Shown here in pieces: positions 1 to 8,552 of a stretch of DNA of 64,000 bases. The translations under genes were made by a program, and so were the position numbers. The first letter of the stretch is position 1; each line of letters begins with the position of its first letter. Where the stretch lies: assembly GCA_944381215.1 (NCBI GenBank), contig CALWKF010000001.1, positions 65,201-129,200 on the forward strand, given 5' to 3'. This DNA comes from an uncultured Clostridia bacterium (GTDB lineage: Bacteria; Bacillota; Clostridia; Christensenellales; UBA1242). The notes beneath the pieces are model-generated. The model was not told where the DNA came from and searched no databases. It was given only the letters and a program-made list of their open reading frames with translations.

Positions 1-761
1 CGGAACTTTTTATACAAGGCTTGTGCCTCCTCATCCGCGTTAAAACTAACTATGCTAAACGTGTAATCGGCGATATTTTGTCCATTTTCTTTGACATTGC
101 TGTATAATTTTGAAACGGCAGATTTAAACGATTTTGCCTTGTCCAAAATCTTGAAATTTCCGTCCGTGTCGATACTGATTATCGGCTTTAGATTGAGGCT
201 CGCCCCCGTAAACGAACTCATTGCCCCCTTAAACACCTGGCTAGCCTTTATGCTGTCTGCGCTGTCCACGACGAAAATGCTGACAAATTTCCCGATTAAC
301 GTGTCCGCAAAGTCGAGTGCAGCCTCGAGGTCGCCCTCGCGCTCGTAAACAACCTTAGAAAGTGCTGCAATCTCACTCGTACCGCGCGAAACGGTCTTGG
401 TATCCATTAAAATGGCCATATTTTTAGGGTACTTTTTATTGAGGTCGCGAAAAGCGCGTTTTAGGCCCTCGCCATTGTCTAGTAGAAGCTTCGTCGACAC
501 CGAGAAGTACACCACATCGTTACCAGCCTTCAACTCCTCTTCGAAAAAGTCATACCACTCCTGATATTCTAGGGGGACGACCGAGTACTTGCCCGCGCGA
601 ATCTCCTCCGCGATTTTAGCAAAGTCGTTTGCTTTTGTGTAGTTTTTGAAATATGAAATGCGCGAGCCGTGCTTGATTTTGCTAGGGACTAAATTTAAAT
701 CAGTTATTTTTAATTCCTTGCCAAACATATCAGCATACGCATCAATATAAAATTTTACCAT
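1..761 (-). CDS. DegV-like (fatty-acid-binding family) protein; C-terminal end runs off the window
   Basis: Minus-strand frame is open from ATG (comp. 759-761) to position 1. It is absent from the ORF track because no stop falls in the window. AGGAGG at comp. 768-773. Translation MVKFYIDAYADMFGKELK...FSVSTKLL...MDTKTVSRGTS...FVVDSADSIKAS...LNLKPIISIDTDG resembles DegV motifs by eye. Confidence 0.5.
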   Translation of the reverse strand, partial: MVKFYIDAYADMFGKELKITDLNLVPSKIKHGSRISYFKNYTKANDFAKIAEEIRAGKYSVVPLEYQEWYDFFEEELKAGNDVVYFSVSTKLLLDNGEGLKRAFRDLNKKYPKNMAILMDTKTVSRGTSEIAALSKVVYEREGDLEAALDFADTLIGKFVSIFVVDSADSIKASQVFKGAMSSFTGASLNLKPIISIDTDGNFKILDKAKSFKSAVSKLYSNVKENGQNIADYTFSIVSFNADEEAQALYKKF

Positions 762-823
762 TTTTAGCCTCCTAGGCTACATTATACCATTTTAAAAATA
801 ATTAAGTCAACGAAATTTGCGAT

Positions 824-1360
824 TTAATAAAATTTAGTGTAGATTGTTATGTTTTGCTTGATTTTGGATAAATAATAGTTTGTGGCAGGGTAAGGGGTTG
901 AGGTTAACCGCTCGCCGTCGCTAAATTCTGGGTCGAGGAGCCACTCCTTAACGCGTGTTGGCCCCGCATTATAGGCGCACAACGCTGTGTCCGTGTCCTT
1001 AAAAGTGTCCACTAAATATTTAATATACGCCGTGCCCAAGGTGATGTTATACTCGGGCTCGAAAAGTCTGTTTTTATCAAATGTAATACCTTCTTTATTT
1101 GCAATAAACTTCGCAGTCTCGGGCATCAATTGCATTAGGCCTACTGCTCCCACGCTTGATACCGCTTGCGTATCAAAACCGCTTTCGGCATTGATTACAC
1201 TTGCGATTAGGACAGGTGGCAAATTATACTCATTTGCGATACTAATAATATTCTCACGATAGGCAAGCGGGTAAAATATTAAAAAAGCCCCGACAATCAG
1301 CCCCGACACGCAGACAATTCCTATAATATATAATATAATAAAAAACATAATTTTGTCCAT
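824..1360 (-). CDS. membrane-anchored lytic transglycosylase (SLT domain)
   Basis: N-terminal TM helix, then the SLT signature AESGFDTQAVSSVGAVGLMQLMPETA...AYNAGPTRV. Confidence 0.85.
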   Translation of the reverse strand: MDKIMFFIILYIIGIVCVSGLIVGAFLIFYPLAYRENIISIANEYNLPPVLIASVINAESGFDTQAVSSVGAVGLMQLMPETAKFIANKEGITFDKNRLFEPEYNITLGTAYIKYLVDTFKDTDTALCAYNAGPTRVKEWLLDPEFSDGERLTSTPYPATNYYLSKIKQNITIYTKFY

Positions 1361-1575
1361 AATTCTATTATATAAAAATTTATTTTTTAAATACGCAAAA
1401 TCGCAAAATATAAGCGCATTTCTTTTAATAGGTTAAAGGTCGTTGCTAAATTGTAAATTTTGTTTTTCCTATGTATCATTTTTTATAAAACAGGCTTTAA
1501 AATATACAAAACCCTCAACTTTTTCACTTTTTTCTAAAAAATTAGAAAAAAATGCTAAAAATTTTATACAATCTC

Positions 1576-1604
1576 TTGACAAATTAAGGTGGCGCATTTA
1601 TAAT
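1576..1604 (+). promoter_or_regulatory. sigma-A type promoter for ylxM-ffh operon
   Basis: TTGACA (1576-1581), 17-nt spacer, TATAAT (1599-1604), about 35 nt upstream of the ylxM start. Confidence 0.5.
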
Positions 1605-1639
1605 ATGTGTAAAGTAGAAATACTTTACAGAGGTGCCGT

Positions 1640-1981
1640 ATGGATGTAGGCAAATTAGTGCGGATGAGTGTCTTGCTAGATTTTTATGGCGGAATGCTGA
1701 CTAGCACGCAGTACGAAATTGCGCGCAGTTATGTAGATTACAACTCGAGCCTTGCTGAAATCGCTGAGGACACGCACACTTCGAGACAGGCAGTAAACGA
1801 TATCCTTCACCGCACTTTTAAAAAGTTAGAGGACTTTGAGAGCAAACTTGGCTTTTTAAAAAAGTACGAGAGGGTGCTTTATAGTGTCGAGCAAACGGCG
1901 AGCGCGTGCGAGCTAAATGCTGAGGAGTATAGGGCAGTAGTCGAGCACTTTACGAAATTAATAGAGAGTTTAAAGGAGTAG
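1640..1981 (+). CDS. ylxM: YlxM/UPF0122 putative DNA-binding protein
   Basis: Small HTH-like protein (LLDFYGGMLTSTQYEIARSYVDYNSSLAEIAE) directly upstream of ffh, the conserved Firmicute arrangement. Confidence 0.8.
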   Translation: MDVGKLVRMSVLLDFYGGMLTSTQYEIARSYVDYNSSLAEIAEDTHTSRQAVNDILHRTFKKLEDFESKLGFLKKYERVLYSVEQTASACELNAEEYRAVVEHFTKLIESLKE

Positions 1982-1985
1982 GGAT

Positions 1986-3305
1986 ATGGCAATGTTTGAG
2001 GGATTATCACAGAGGCTAAACCACATTTTCAGCAAGATTACCCAGCGTGGAAAACTTACCGAACTCGAAATTAATCAGGCAATGCGCGAAATCCGTGTGG
2101 CACTTTTGGAGGCGGATGTCAACTACTTAGTCGTAAAAAAGTTTGTCAACGACGTTTCTGAAAAGGCCAAGGGTGAGGAGGTAATGCAGAGCCTCACCCC
2201 AGGGCAACAAGTAATTAAAATCGTGCGCGACGAACTCGTAAACCTTATGGGTAGCACGCAGAGTAAACTCGACCTGTCTGGCACACCGCCCGCGGTCATC
2301 ATGATGTGCGGTCTGCAAGGTGCTGGTAAGACTACCCTTTGTGGCAAACTTGCGAGCTTACTAAAGAGTCAAGGCAAAAAAGTGCTACTCGTTGCCTGCG
2401 ATATTTACAGGAATGCTGCAATTGACCAGTTAAAAATTGTCGGCAAGCAGGCTGGCGTCGAAGTGTTCGAGCGCGGTACCCAAGACCCCGTGAAAACGGC
2501 TAGGCAGGGTATCGAGCACGCAAAGCACGAGGGCCTCGATGTAGTTATTATCGACACCGCAGGACGACTTCACATCGACGAACAAATGATGGACGAGTTA
2601 AAGCGCATGAAGGCGGACATTCATCCAAACGAGATTTTGTTCACAATCGACGCAATGACTGGTCAAGACTCTGTAAACGTTGCAAAAGAGTTTAACGACC
2701 AACTAGACATTACTGGCATAGTTGTCACCAAACTCGACGGCGACACCCGAGGCGGTGTGGCACTGTCCGTAAAGGCAGTGACAGGTAAGCCCATTAAGTA
2801 CTGCGGTGTGGGCGAGAAACAGGGCGATTTAGAGCCCTTTCACCCCGACCGTATGGCTAGCCGAATCTTAGGCATGGGCGACGTGCTCACCTTGATTGAG
2901 AAGGCCCAAAATGCTGTCGACGAGCAGGAAATGGAGAGGATGCAGAAGACTCTTCGGGAAAACAGTTTTACTTTGCAAGACTACCTCCAACAAATTGAGA
3001 GCCTCAACAAAATGGGCGACATCAACGCACTCATGGACATGATTCCAGGCCTGCGTGGCAAGATGAAGGGCGTTACAATCGACGAGGCAGAAATCGCTAG
3101 AAACAAGGCAATCATCCAGTCCATGACCCCTGAGGAGCGCTTTGACCCCGAGATTATCAAGGCCAGCCAGAAAAAGCGCATTGCAAACGGCAGTGGCACG
3201 ACTATTCAAGAGGTCAACACGCTACTAAAACAATTTGCCCAAAGCAAAGAACTCTTAAAGCAGTACTCGGGCAAAAAAAGAAAAGGTAAATTTCCGTTTT
3301 TTTAA
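1986..3305 (+). CDS. ffh: signal recognition particle protein Ffh
   Basis: GTPase motifs GLQGAGKTT, DTAGR, TKLDGD, and a Met-rich M domain. Confidence 0.97.
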   Translation: MAMFEGLSQRLNHIFSKITQRGKLTELEINQAMREIRVALLEADVNYLVVKKFVNDVSEKAKGEEVMQSLTPGQQVIKIVRDELVNLMGSTQSKLDLSGTPPAVIMMCGLQGAGKTTLCGKLASLLKSQGKKVLLVACDIYRNAAIDQLKIVGKQAGVEVFERGTQDPVKTARQGIEHAKHEGLDVVIIDTAGRLHIDEQMMDELKRMKADIHPNEILFTIDAMTGQDSVNVAKEFNDQLDITGIVVTKLDGDTRGGVALSVKAVTGKPIKYCGVGEKQGDLEPFHPDRMASRILGMGDVLTLIEKAQNAVDEQEMERMQKTLRENSFTLQDYLQQIESLNKMGDINALMDMIPGLRGKMKGVTIDEAEIARNKAIIQSMTPEERFDPEIIKASQKKRIANGSGTTIQEVNTLLKQFAQSKELLKQYSGKKRKGKFPFF

Positions 3306-3342
3306 ACGAAAATTATATTAAATTTATTTAAGGAGAAAGAAA

Positions 3343-3693
3343 ATGGCAGTTAAAATTAGATTAACTCGTTTAGGCGACAAAAAGTCACCGTTTTACCGCG
3401 TAGTCGTAACCGATTCACGCAGTGCAAGAGATGGAAAGTTTATTGAGAACTTGGGTACATATGACCCACTCAAAGACCCATTTCAATTGAGTCTTAACAA
3501 GGAGCGCGTAGAGTACTGGCTATCAGTTGGCGCAACACCTACCGACACCGTTCGCGAACTACTCGTTAAAGAGGGAATTGTTAAGGCAAAGCCCTATGTT
3601 GCTCCAAAACCAAAGCAAATGCCACCAGCACCAAAGGCAAAAGCTGAGGAGCCTGCTGAGGGTGAGGCAACTGCTGAAACCGCTAGTGAATAG
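3343..3693 (+). CDS. rpsP: 30S ribosomal protein S16 with Ala/Pro/Lys/Glu-rich C-terminal tail
   Basis: [22 protein letters not shown]... is a typical S16 N-terminus. GGAGA RBS. Follows ffh. Confidence 0.95.
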   Translation: MAVKIRLTRLGDKKSPFYRVVVTDSRSARDGKFIENLGTYDPLKDPFQLSLNKERVEYWLSVGATPTDTVRELLVKEGIVKAKPYVAPKPKQMPPAPKAKAEEPAEGEATAETASE

Positions 3694-3759
3694 TTTTTAG
3701 AGCCTATTTGTTTGCAAAATTAATGCGAATTTGATAAAATAAAAGTAGGCTTTTCCAAA

Positions 3760-3786
3760 GTGAGAGGCTTTCCTCTCGCTTTTTGT
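3760..3786 (+). terminator. possible attenuator or terminator hairpin between rpsP and rimM
   Basis: gagagg-cttt-cctctc hairpin followed by gcttttt. Confidence 0.35.
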
Positions 3787-3800
3787 TTATGGAGGGATGT

Positions 3801-4301
3801 ATGAAAGTAGAATTAGGTAGAGTACTAAAGCCCCAAGGAATCAAGGGCGAATTAAAGGTCGAGCCACTCTCGAATCCAGAGTTTTTTAAAGATATTAGTC
3901 TAGTCGAAATCAACGGGCAAGAGGCGAATATCGAGTCCGCAAGTATTAGAGCCGATGGCGTGTATCTAAAACTCGACATAATTCACGATCGCACCGAGGC
4001 CGAAAATTATCGCGACGCAGTCATCACCGCCGAGCGCGAGGCACTCCCAGATTTAGCGGAAGGCCAGTTTTTCTACGAGGACCTTATTGGGTGTCAAGTG
4101 TATTTCGAGTCTGGTGAGTTTGTGGGTGAAATCGTGGACATCGAAAACTACGGAAACGCAGATTTGTTTGCTATTCACAAAGATTTTAGCACCGTTCTTT
4201 GTCCGTACATCGACGGCGTGTTTACCTCAATTGACACCCACGCTAAAAAAATCATAGCCAACGAAAAAAGATATAGGGAAGTGACCGATTATGAGGATTG
4301 A
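3801..4301 (+). CDS. rimM: 16S rRNA processing protein RimM
   Basis: MKVELGRVLKPQGIKGELKV is a typical RimM start. GGAGGG at 3791-3796 favours ATG 3801 over the track's TTG 3783. Overlaps the trmD start. Confidence 0.85.
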   Translation: MKVELGRVLKPQGIKGELKVEPLSNPEFFKDISLVEINGQEANIESASIRADGVYLKLDIIHDRTEAENYRDAVITAEREALPDLAEGQFFYEDLIGCQVYFESGEFVGEIVDIENYGNADLFAIHKDFSTVLCPYIDGVFTSIDTHAKKIIANEKRYREVTDYED

Positions 4302-4965
4302 TATATTGACACTTTTTCCCGATAGTTTTGCACCACTACGCGAAAGCATAATAGCGCGAGCCGTTGATTCGGGAAAATTCGACCTAAATATAATAAACAT
4401 CCGCGACTTTTCAACGGACAAGCATAAAAAATGCGATGACGAAATCTTCGGGGGCGGGGACGGACTCCTCATGATGCCTCAACCTCTATTTGATTGTATC
4501 GAGAGTGTAAGAAATAAAAACTCGCACATTATCTACTTATCCCCAAAGGGCACGACCTTTACCCAAACTAAGGCCAAGCAACTCGTAGAATACGAGCACC
4601 TAATATTAATTTGCGGACACTACGAGGGAATCGACCAGCGAGTGATTGACACCTTTGTCGACGAGGAAATCAGCATCGGCGACTACGTGCTGACTGGTGG
4701 GGAACTGCCCGCTATGGTCGTGGTCGACACGGTGGCACGGCTTATTCCAAACGTGCTCCACAGCGAGAACTCGGCAAAGGACGATAGTTTCGAGAACAAC
4801 CTGCTCGAATACCCGCAGTACACGCGCCCCGCTGACTTTCGCGGACTAAAAGTGCCCGAAATACTCCTTAGTGGCAATCACCAGGAAATCGCCAAGTGGC
4901 GAAAAGCGCAGAGCGAACACATTACAAAAGAGCGTCGCCCCGACCTAATTGATAAAAATAACTAA
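4291..4965 (+). CDS. trmD: tRNA (guanine37-N1)-methyltransferase
   Basis: MRIDILTLFP...GGGDGLLMMPQP...YEGIDQRV motifs. Confidence 0.95.
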   Translation: MRIDILTLFPDSFAPLRESIIARAVDSGKFDLNIINIRDFSTDKHKKCDDEIFGGGDGLLMMPQPLFDCIESVRNKNSHIIYLSPKGTTFTQTKAKQLVEYEHLILICGHYEGIDQRVIDTFVDEEISIGDYVLTGGELPAMVVVDTVARLIPNVLHSENSAKDDSFENNLLEYPQYTRPADFRGLKVPEILLSGNHQEIAKWRKAQSEHITKERRPDLIDKNN

Positions 4966-5088
4966 TTACTTATGACACTTGTCATATATGCCTCTTTACG
5001 CGGGGGCGGATAATTAAAAAACAAACTCATACTTTAAATAACTTTATAAAATGATAATTACCAAGACACAAAACAAAAGGAGTAAATT

Positions 5089-5934
5089 ATGAAAATTCAG
5101 TGGTTTCCAGGGCACATGACAAAGGCCTTGCGCGAAATGGAGAAAAACATCAAACTCATAGATTTAGTAATTTACGTGCTCGATGCCCGCGCGCCAAAGA
5201 GCTGTTTAAACCCGCAATTTCCCGAAATCATGGGCAACAAGCCGATTATTTATGTATTAAATAAAATCGACCTTGCCGACGATAATCAAACCAGCCTCTG
5301 GCTAAAACACTACAACGCATTTGAAAATTCGATGGCACTTCCGCTGAATTCAACCATGACAAACGCCAGTAAAACGATAATTAGCGGAATGGAAAAAATG
5401 TTGAGTAAAAAACTCGAGCGCAATAGGGAAAAGGGTGTTACAATGCCCCTACGTGCTATGGTCATAGGCGTGCCAAACTGCGGAAAAAGCACCTTAATAA
5501 ATAACCTTTGTGGTAAGTACAAGGCAATCACGGGCGACAGACCAAGTGTTACGAGGGCTACCCAGTGGGTGCGAATTGCAGGCTACCTAGAACTTTTGGA
5601 CACCCCAGGCACCTTGTGGCCAAGTTTTGAGGACGACGAAGTTGCGCACAACCTAGCTTACATAAACGCTATTAAAGACGAAGTGCTCGACCCCGCGGAA
5701 TTGGTGCTCGACTTTATTTCTAAAATGCTAAGCACCTACCGCGAGCTTTTCTTGGCGCGCTACGGCCTAACGTATAGTGAGGATATGCAACCCGTAGACT
5801 ATCTTGCTAAGGTCTGTGAAAACCGCAAGTTTATGCTCCGCGGCGGCGAACTCGATTGGGAGCGCGGTGCCAGGGCGATTCTCGACGATTTTAGAAAGGG
5901 CCGAATCGGTAAAATTACGCTAGACAGGTTATAA
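5089..5934 (+). CDS. rbgA: ribosome biogenesis GTPase A (YlqF/RbgA)
   Basis: MKIQWFPGHMTKA start, circularly permuted GTPase (NKIDL...GVPNCGKST...DTPG). AAGGAG RBS. Confidence 0.9.
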   Translation: MKIQWFPGHMTKALREMEKNIKLIDLVIYVLDARAPKSCLNPQFPEIMGNKPIIYVLNKIDLADDNQTSLWLKHYNAFENSMALPLNSTMTNASKTIISGMEKMLSKKLERNREKGVTMPLRAMVIGVPNCGKSTLINNLCGKYKAITGDRPSVTRATQWVRIAGYLELLDTPGTLWPSFEDDEVAHNLAYINAIKDEVLDPAELVLDFISKMLSTYRELFLARYGLTYSEDMQPVDYLAKVCENRKFMLRGGELDWERGARAILDDFRKGRIGKITLDRL

Positions 5935-5935
5935 A

Positions 5936-6280
5936 ATGAAAATATTTAACAGAGCAAAGGGTATACAAGGCGAGCAACTAGCCCTAAAATACCTGAGTAG
6001 ACATAAATTCAAGATTTTAGAGAAAAACTATACATGCCCAGTTGGCGAGGCGGACATAATCGCCATAAATAACGGAATGCTGGTCCTAATCGAGGTAAAG
6101 AGCAGGTCAACTCTCGAATTCGGTCGCCCCGCCGAAGCGGTAGACAGCGTAAAGCAACGAAAGTTACAAAACATCGCCCTTTTTTACCAAAAGAAAAAAC
6201 ACTTGTTTAATATGCCCGTGCGCTTTGATGTCGTGGAAGTACTGGGTACGGAAATCAACCACATAGAAAACGCCTTTTAA
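5936..6280 (+). CDS. yraN: YraN family (UPF0102) endonuclease-like protein
   Basis: GEQLALKYL...GEADIIA...LVLIEVKSR motif pattern. Confidence 0.85.
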   Translation: MKIFNRAKGIQGEQLALKYLSRHKFKILEKNYTCPVGEADIIAINNGMLVLIEVKSRSTLEFGRPAEAVDSVKQRKLQNIALFYQKKKHLFNMPVRFDVVEVLGTEINHIENAF

Positions 6281-6336
6281 CGAAAAATTTTAGTAATAAT
6301 TAGGTAACAATATTTAATTAAATTCAGGAGGAAGTT

Positions 6337-7455
6337 ATGAAAATAGAAAATTTAGGAGAATACGAGGGTGAGATTTTAAATTTAGATGGTAAAATTTTAC
6401 CTCACGGGATTGGGAAATTAGTGACAAATGATGGGGCTATTTTAGAGGGAAAGTTTTACGAAGGTAAACTAAATGGCAATGGTAAAATCACTTACACCGA
6501 TGGTAGTAGTTTTGAGGGCAATTTTAGAATAGGTAAATTAAATGGATACGGTACCCAAGTTTATTCTAACGGAAATATCTATAAAGGAAATTTTGTAGAT
6601 AATATAAAAGTCGGTATGGGTCGACTTTACTTTAAACGCGGTAGATATAAGTATATTGAGTGTGTGTGGAAAGATGATGAAATGTTTGCTGATTTTATTA
6701 TTGGACTAAAAAATGGTACACAGAGAAGGGCGAAGATTGTTAATTCGAAAATTCATCTAATCAAACCTAACAAAAAATATTTGATAAATGTTGATGGCGT
6801 TAAACCATTTTCAGTATACGATATTTATCACGAAAGTGAGTATTTTAGTTTTAATACAACAAATTGGGATAGCGATGAAAAGTATTTGTATAATAAGTTT
6901 TTAGTAACTGAACTTGAAGTAGCAGACCTAAACCATAATGTTTTTCGGGCTAATCCCGTACATGATAATTTAGACTTTCTTGTTTTGCCTAATAATAGTG
7001 ATTTATACAAAGATTACAGGGCAGAATTTTTTGGCAAAGTTATGAGCAAGGTTTTCGATTATATTAGAGGGAAAACAGAGTTAGCAGGTGTTATCATAAA
7101 AGAAATACTAAGTAATTTTGACACAAATAAGATTTGTCAGCGAATAAAGAAGTACAAGGATAGGTGGCTGAGGCGAAAAGAGGATTTTTCATTAGTAATA
7201 GGGGATGAAAATGTAAATTCTATTTTAAATGACCTAAATGCAGATAATCTTGAGAATAACGAATTTATCTTATCTTTGCCGCAAAAGACCGCCGAACTTT
7301 TAGACACCGTGAGTGATGATACATTAAGGAAAAATATTAATATAAAAATTGAAATAGATGCGGAAAATCAGCAGGCAAGTTTATTTGTATATGATGAAAT
7401 GGGATTCATTGAATTTATTATAAATATTGATATAAGAGACATTTTGAAAAAATAA
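6337..7455 (+). CDS. MORN-repeat protein with uncharacterised C-terminal domain
   Basis: N-terminal ~100 aa are tandem MORN-type repeats (YEGEIL..GKILPHGIGKL..GAILEGKFYEGKLNGNGKITYTDGSSFEGNFRIGKLNGYGTQVYSNGNIYKGNF). AGGAGG RBS. The gene is visibly AT-richer than its neighbours. Confidence 0.7.
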   Translation: MKIENLGEYEGEILNLDGKILPHGIGKLVTNDGAILEGKFYEGKLNGNGKITYTDGSSFEGNFRIGKLNGYGTQVYSNGNIYKGNFVDNIKVGMGRLYFKRGRYKYIECVWKDDEMFADFIIGLKNGTQRRAKIVNSKIHLIKPNKKYLINVDGVKPFSVYDIYHESEYFSFNTTNWDSDEKYLYNKFLVTELEVADLNHNVFRANPVHDNLDFLVLPNNSDLYKDYRAEFFGKVMSKVFDYIRGKTELAGVIIKEILSNFDTNKICQRIKKYKDRWLRRKEDFSLVIGDENVNSILNDLNADNLENNEFILSLPQKTAELLDTVSDDTLRKNINIKIEIDAENQQASLFVYDEMGFIEFIINIDIRDILKK

Positions 7456-7499
7456 ATTCTAAAAAAGAGGAATTTTTTAAACTTTTTAGCAATTTTGTA

Positions 7500-7528
7500 T
7501 TGCCAAACATAAAAATTTATGTTATTAT
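7500..7528 (+). promoter_or_regulatory. sigma-A type promoter for rplS
   Basis: TTGCCA (7500-7505), 17-nt spacer, TGnTATTAT extended -10 (7520-7528). Leaves a ~75-nt GC-rich 5' UTR. Confidence 0.5.
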
Positions 7529-7611
7529 ATCAATATGACTTCGGGCGGTCCGCTGTGGTGTGACTACACTATATGAACACTCGGATTAATCTTGTAAGGA
7601 GGTATTAAGTC

Positions 7612-7953
7612 ATGAACATTATCGCAACTCTTGAAAAAGAAGGCTTGAAGGAAAAAGTTAATGACTTCAACATCGGTGACACCGTTAGAGTGTACGTAAA
7701 AGTTGTTGAAGGCGACAAAGAGCGTATTCAGGCTTACGAGGGTGTTGTAATTGCACGTAAGAACGGTAGTATTCGCGAGACATTCACTGTGCGCCGTATC
7801 AGTTTTGGCGTAGGTGTCGAGAGAACTTTCCCAGTACACTCACCGCGTATCGACCGCATTGAGGTTGTGCGCAAGGGTAAGGTACGCAGAGCAAAACTTT
7901 ACTATGTTCGCAAACTCAGTGGCAAGCGCGCTAAGATTAAAGCCAGCATCTAA
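7612..7953 (+). CDS. rplS: 50S ribosomal protein L19
   Basis: [62 protein letters not shown] is a typical L19 sequence. AAGGAGG RBS. Confidence 0.97.
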   Translation: MNIIATLEKEGLKEKVNDFNIGDTVRVYVKVVEGDKERIQAYEGVVIARKNGSIRETFTVRRISFGVGVERTFPVHSPRIDRIEVVRKGKVRRAKLYYVRKLSGKRAKIKASI

Positions 7954-7971
7954 TTTTTCTACAATATTTAA

Positions 7972-7997
7972 AGAACCGTTTCCGCGGTTCTTTTTTG
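7972..7997 (+). terminator. rho-independent terminator of rplS
   Basis: agaaccg / cggttct 7-bp stem with a 6-nt loop, then a T run. Confidence 0.75.
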
Positions 7998-8003
7998 CTT
8001 TTT

Positions 8004-8335
8004 AAAGAGGATACTGGGCTGGCGCGGTGCGTAGGTGTATTCCAAATATATTTAGGGTCATCCTGAGTGTCGACCCGCGTAGCCTTTGTAACTCAGCGCA
8101 TATGGAAAGTAGCAATAGAAATATTTAGCATGACGCTGCCCGAAGGATCTCATTCCTGCCTCTTAAAACAAACGGAGCACAAGTAATCGCTTTAAGAGGC
8201 TACTGTGGCTAGCGCGAGAGCATTCATTTCTAATTATACCAATCACTTACGCGCCAGACTTCCCGCAAGCGGGAAGGCATCCTGAGCCCGCCCCGCGAAG
8301 CCTTTAGACGAAGGATCTATTCCTCTTAGATACTT
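8004..8335 (+). repeat. mosaic GC-rich intergenic repeat array 1 (same module family as 59250-60062)
   Basis: Modules: X (8014-8056, CTGGGCTGGCGCGGTGCG...ATATATTTAGG); long core (8057-8153, GTCATCCTGAG...GTAACTCAGCGCAT...GACGCTGCCCGAAGGATCTCAT); Y (8203-8277, with the cttcccg-caag-cgggaag hairpin at 8259-8276); short core (8278-8320). No ORF. Confidence 0.85.
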
Positions 8336-8382
8336 TTCCCAGTATTTTACAGCCTCTAATTTTCTAAAAAACTTCGATTAAT

Positions 8383-8411
8383 TTGCTAAAACCTCTAAAT
8401 ATTGATATAAT
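8383..8411 (+). promoter_or_regulatory. strong sigma-A promoter of paralogue A
   Basis: TTGCTA (8383-8388), 17-nt spacer, TGaTATAAT extended -10 (8403-8411). The same block recurs at 60157-60185. Confidence 0.6.
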
Positions 8412-8452
8412 ATAAATATCAAATATTATTTATATCATTAGGAGGCCAAAAA

Positions 8453-8512
8453 ATGGAGCACTCTTTTAATACAAAAATGCATAAAAACCTACGGGGGGGG
8501 GGCGCTTTCTAG
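8453..8512 (+). other. 5' leader ORF (MEHSFNTKMHKNLRGGGAF*) carrying G10; the true N-terminus of paralogue A when the tract is 9 or 12 G
   Basis: AGGAGG at 8440-8445, ATG at 8453. With 10 G the frame stops at TAG 8510-8512. Deleting one G reads through as ...NLRGGALSSLIISCIAILILCAVFGLSFAQF..., in frame with ORF 8553-10772. Confidence 0.7.
8493..8502 (+). repeat. poly(G)10 homopolymer (candidate slipped-strand switch)
   Basis: Counted directly: acGGGGGGGGGGcgc. Confidence 0.9.
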
Positions 8513-8552
8513 CCTAATAATATCTTGTATCGCAATTCTTATTTTATGTGCG

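Noticed and set aside
91-348. Plus-strand 85-aa ORF at the window start
   Set aside because: It lies entirely within the better-supported minus-strand DegV-like frame, which has an RBS and family-like motifs.
4971-4986. Perfect 16-bp palindrome TATGACA-CT-TGTCATA just after trmD as a regulator binding site
   Set aside because: A 7-bp inverted repeat is expected by chance several times in 64 kb. There is no second copy and no adjacent regulator gene.
7529-7611. rplS 5' UTR as the Firmicute L19 leader RNA
   Set aside because: The position is right and the UTR is GC-rich with small hairpins, but I cannot recall the covariance model well enough to match it. It is left unresolved and not called; a cmscan with Rfam L19_leader would settle it.
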